Source: Kiritimatiellia bacterium
GTDB taxonomy: Bacteria > Verrucomicrobiota > Kiritimatiellia > RFP12 > DVOR01
NCBI GenBank assembly: GCA_031553315.1
Contig: JAVBLT010000021.1
Coordinates: 1,082 to 65,081 of the forward strand
Length of the DNA stretch: 64,000 bases
Direction of reading: 5' to 3'
Each line of letters starts with the position of its first letter. The stretch's first letter is position 1. A model generated the notes under the pieces. It ran no database searches, was not told the DNA's origin, and worked only from the letters and a program-made list of their open reading frames with translations. The position numbers and the translations under genes were made by a program. Shown piece after piece: positions 63,851 through 64,000 of the stretch.

Positions 63851-64000
63851 ATGATTAAAAAAAGCAACCCCATGCGCCTGCTCGAACAGGCCCGAATTCC
63901 CTTCGAGCCTCTGGAGTACGACGGCGAGGAAGGTCGGCTCGACGGCGCCTCCATCGCGGCCCGCCTCGGCATACCCCCCCACACCCTCTGCAAGACCCTC
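63851..64000 (+). CDS. ybaK: Cys-tRNA(Pro)/Cys-tRNA(Cys) deacylase YbaK-like (5' partial, runs off the window)
   Basis: MIKKSNPMRLLEQARIPFEPLEYD...AARLGIPPHTLCKTL matches the YbaK N-terminus (..LL....I.Y...EY......G...A..LG......V.KTL). Confidence 0.5.
   Translation, partial: MIKKSNPMRLLEQARIPFEPLEYDGEEGRLDGASIAARLGIPPHTLCKTL

Noticed and set aside
63636-63854. 72-aa TTG-initiated ORF overlapping the ybaK start
   Set aside because: Hydrophobic low-information peptide with no RBS. Most likely a chance ORF in the ybaK upstream region.

Overview
This is a high-GC (~65-70%) bacterial chromosomal segment. It is gene-dense, and nearly all genes after ~13 kb lie on the minus strand. One gene (30810..31799) encodes a prepilin-type N-terminal methylation motif (GFTLIELLVVIGIIGIL) with an H-X9-DG-like C-terminus. 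Glycoside hydrolases are abundant. Together these suggest a PVC-superphylum glycan degrader such as Kiritimatiellota, Verrucomicrobiota or Lentisphaerota; that is inference only. Alternative start codons are common: the ORF track translates TTG and GTG as M. Housekeeping genes present are tyrS, rpsA, gyrB, miaB, leuA, pckG, proC, uvrA, nagB, an lpxL-like gene, a bifunctional homocysteine-methyltransferase/MTHFR fusion, mscS, a Nif3-family gene and a partial ybaK. Accessory content comes in six groups. (1) A family-5 substrate-binding protein and two Dpp/Opp-type permeases, with no ATPase gene, translationally coupled to a HydE/BioB-like radical SAM enzyme. (2) A glycan-utilisation region: a glucoamylase-like lipoprotein, two tandem GH36 (raffinose-synthase/Sip1-like) paralogs, a remnant 3' fragment of a third copy, a low-GC DUF2147 gene and a low-GC hypothetical gene. 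(3) A 3134-aa secreted giant protein with three lamin-tail-domain-like modules, directly downstream of a DUF1559-type pseudopilin gene. (4) A ~161-bp hairpin-containing repeat family: two tandem units upstream of gyrB, and a third copy flanked by ~25-bp inverted repeats (MITE-like) upstream of mscS. (5) A compact low-GC three-gene module: a small ORF, a DUF3990-like protein and a 4-TM membrane protein; it is a candidate toxin-antitoxin or defence module. (6) Two tandem NahK/AmgK-like anomeric sugar kinases next to nagB, a GH2 beta-galactosidase, and a glycosyltransferase/pyruvyl-transferase cluster. No rRNA, tRNA or CRISPR array was recognised. Because of the high GC content the track carries many long Gly/Ala/Arg/Pro-rich antisense or alternate-frame ORFs; these were rejected. 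All functional calls come from motif recognition in the translations. No database search was possible.
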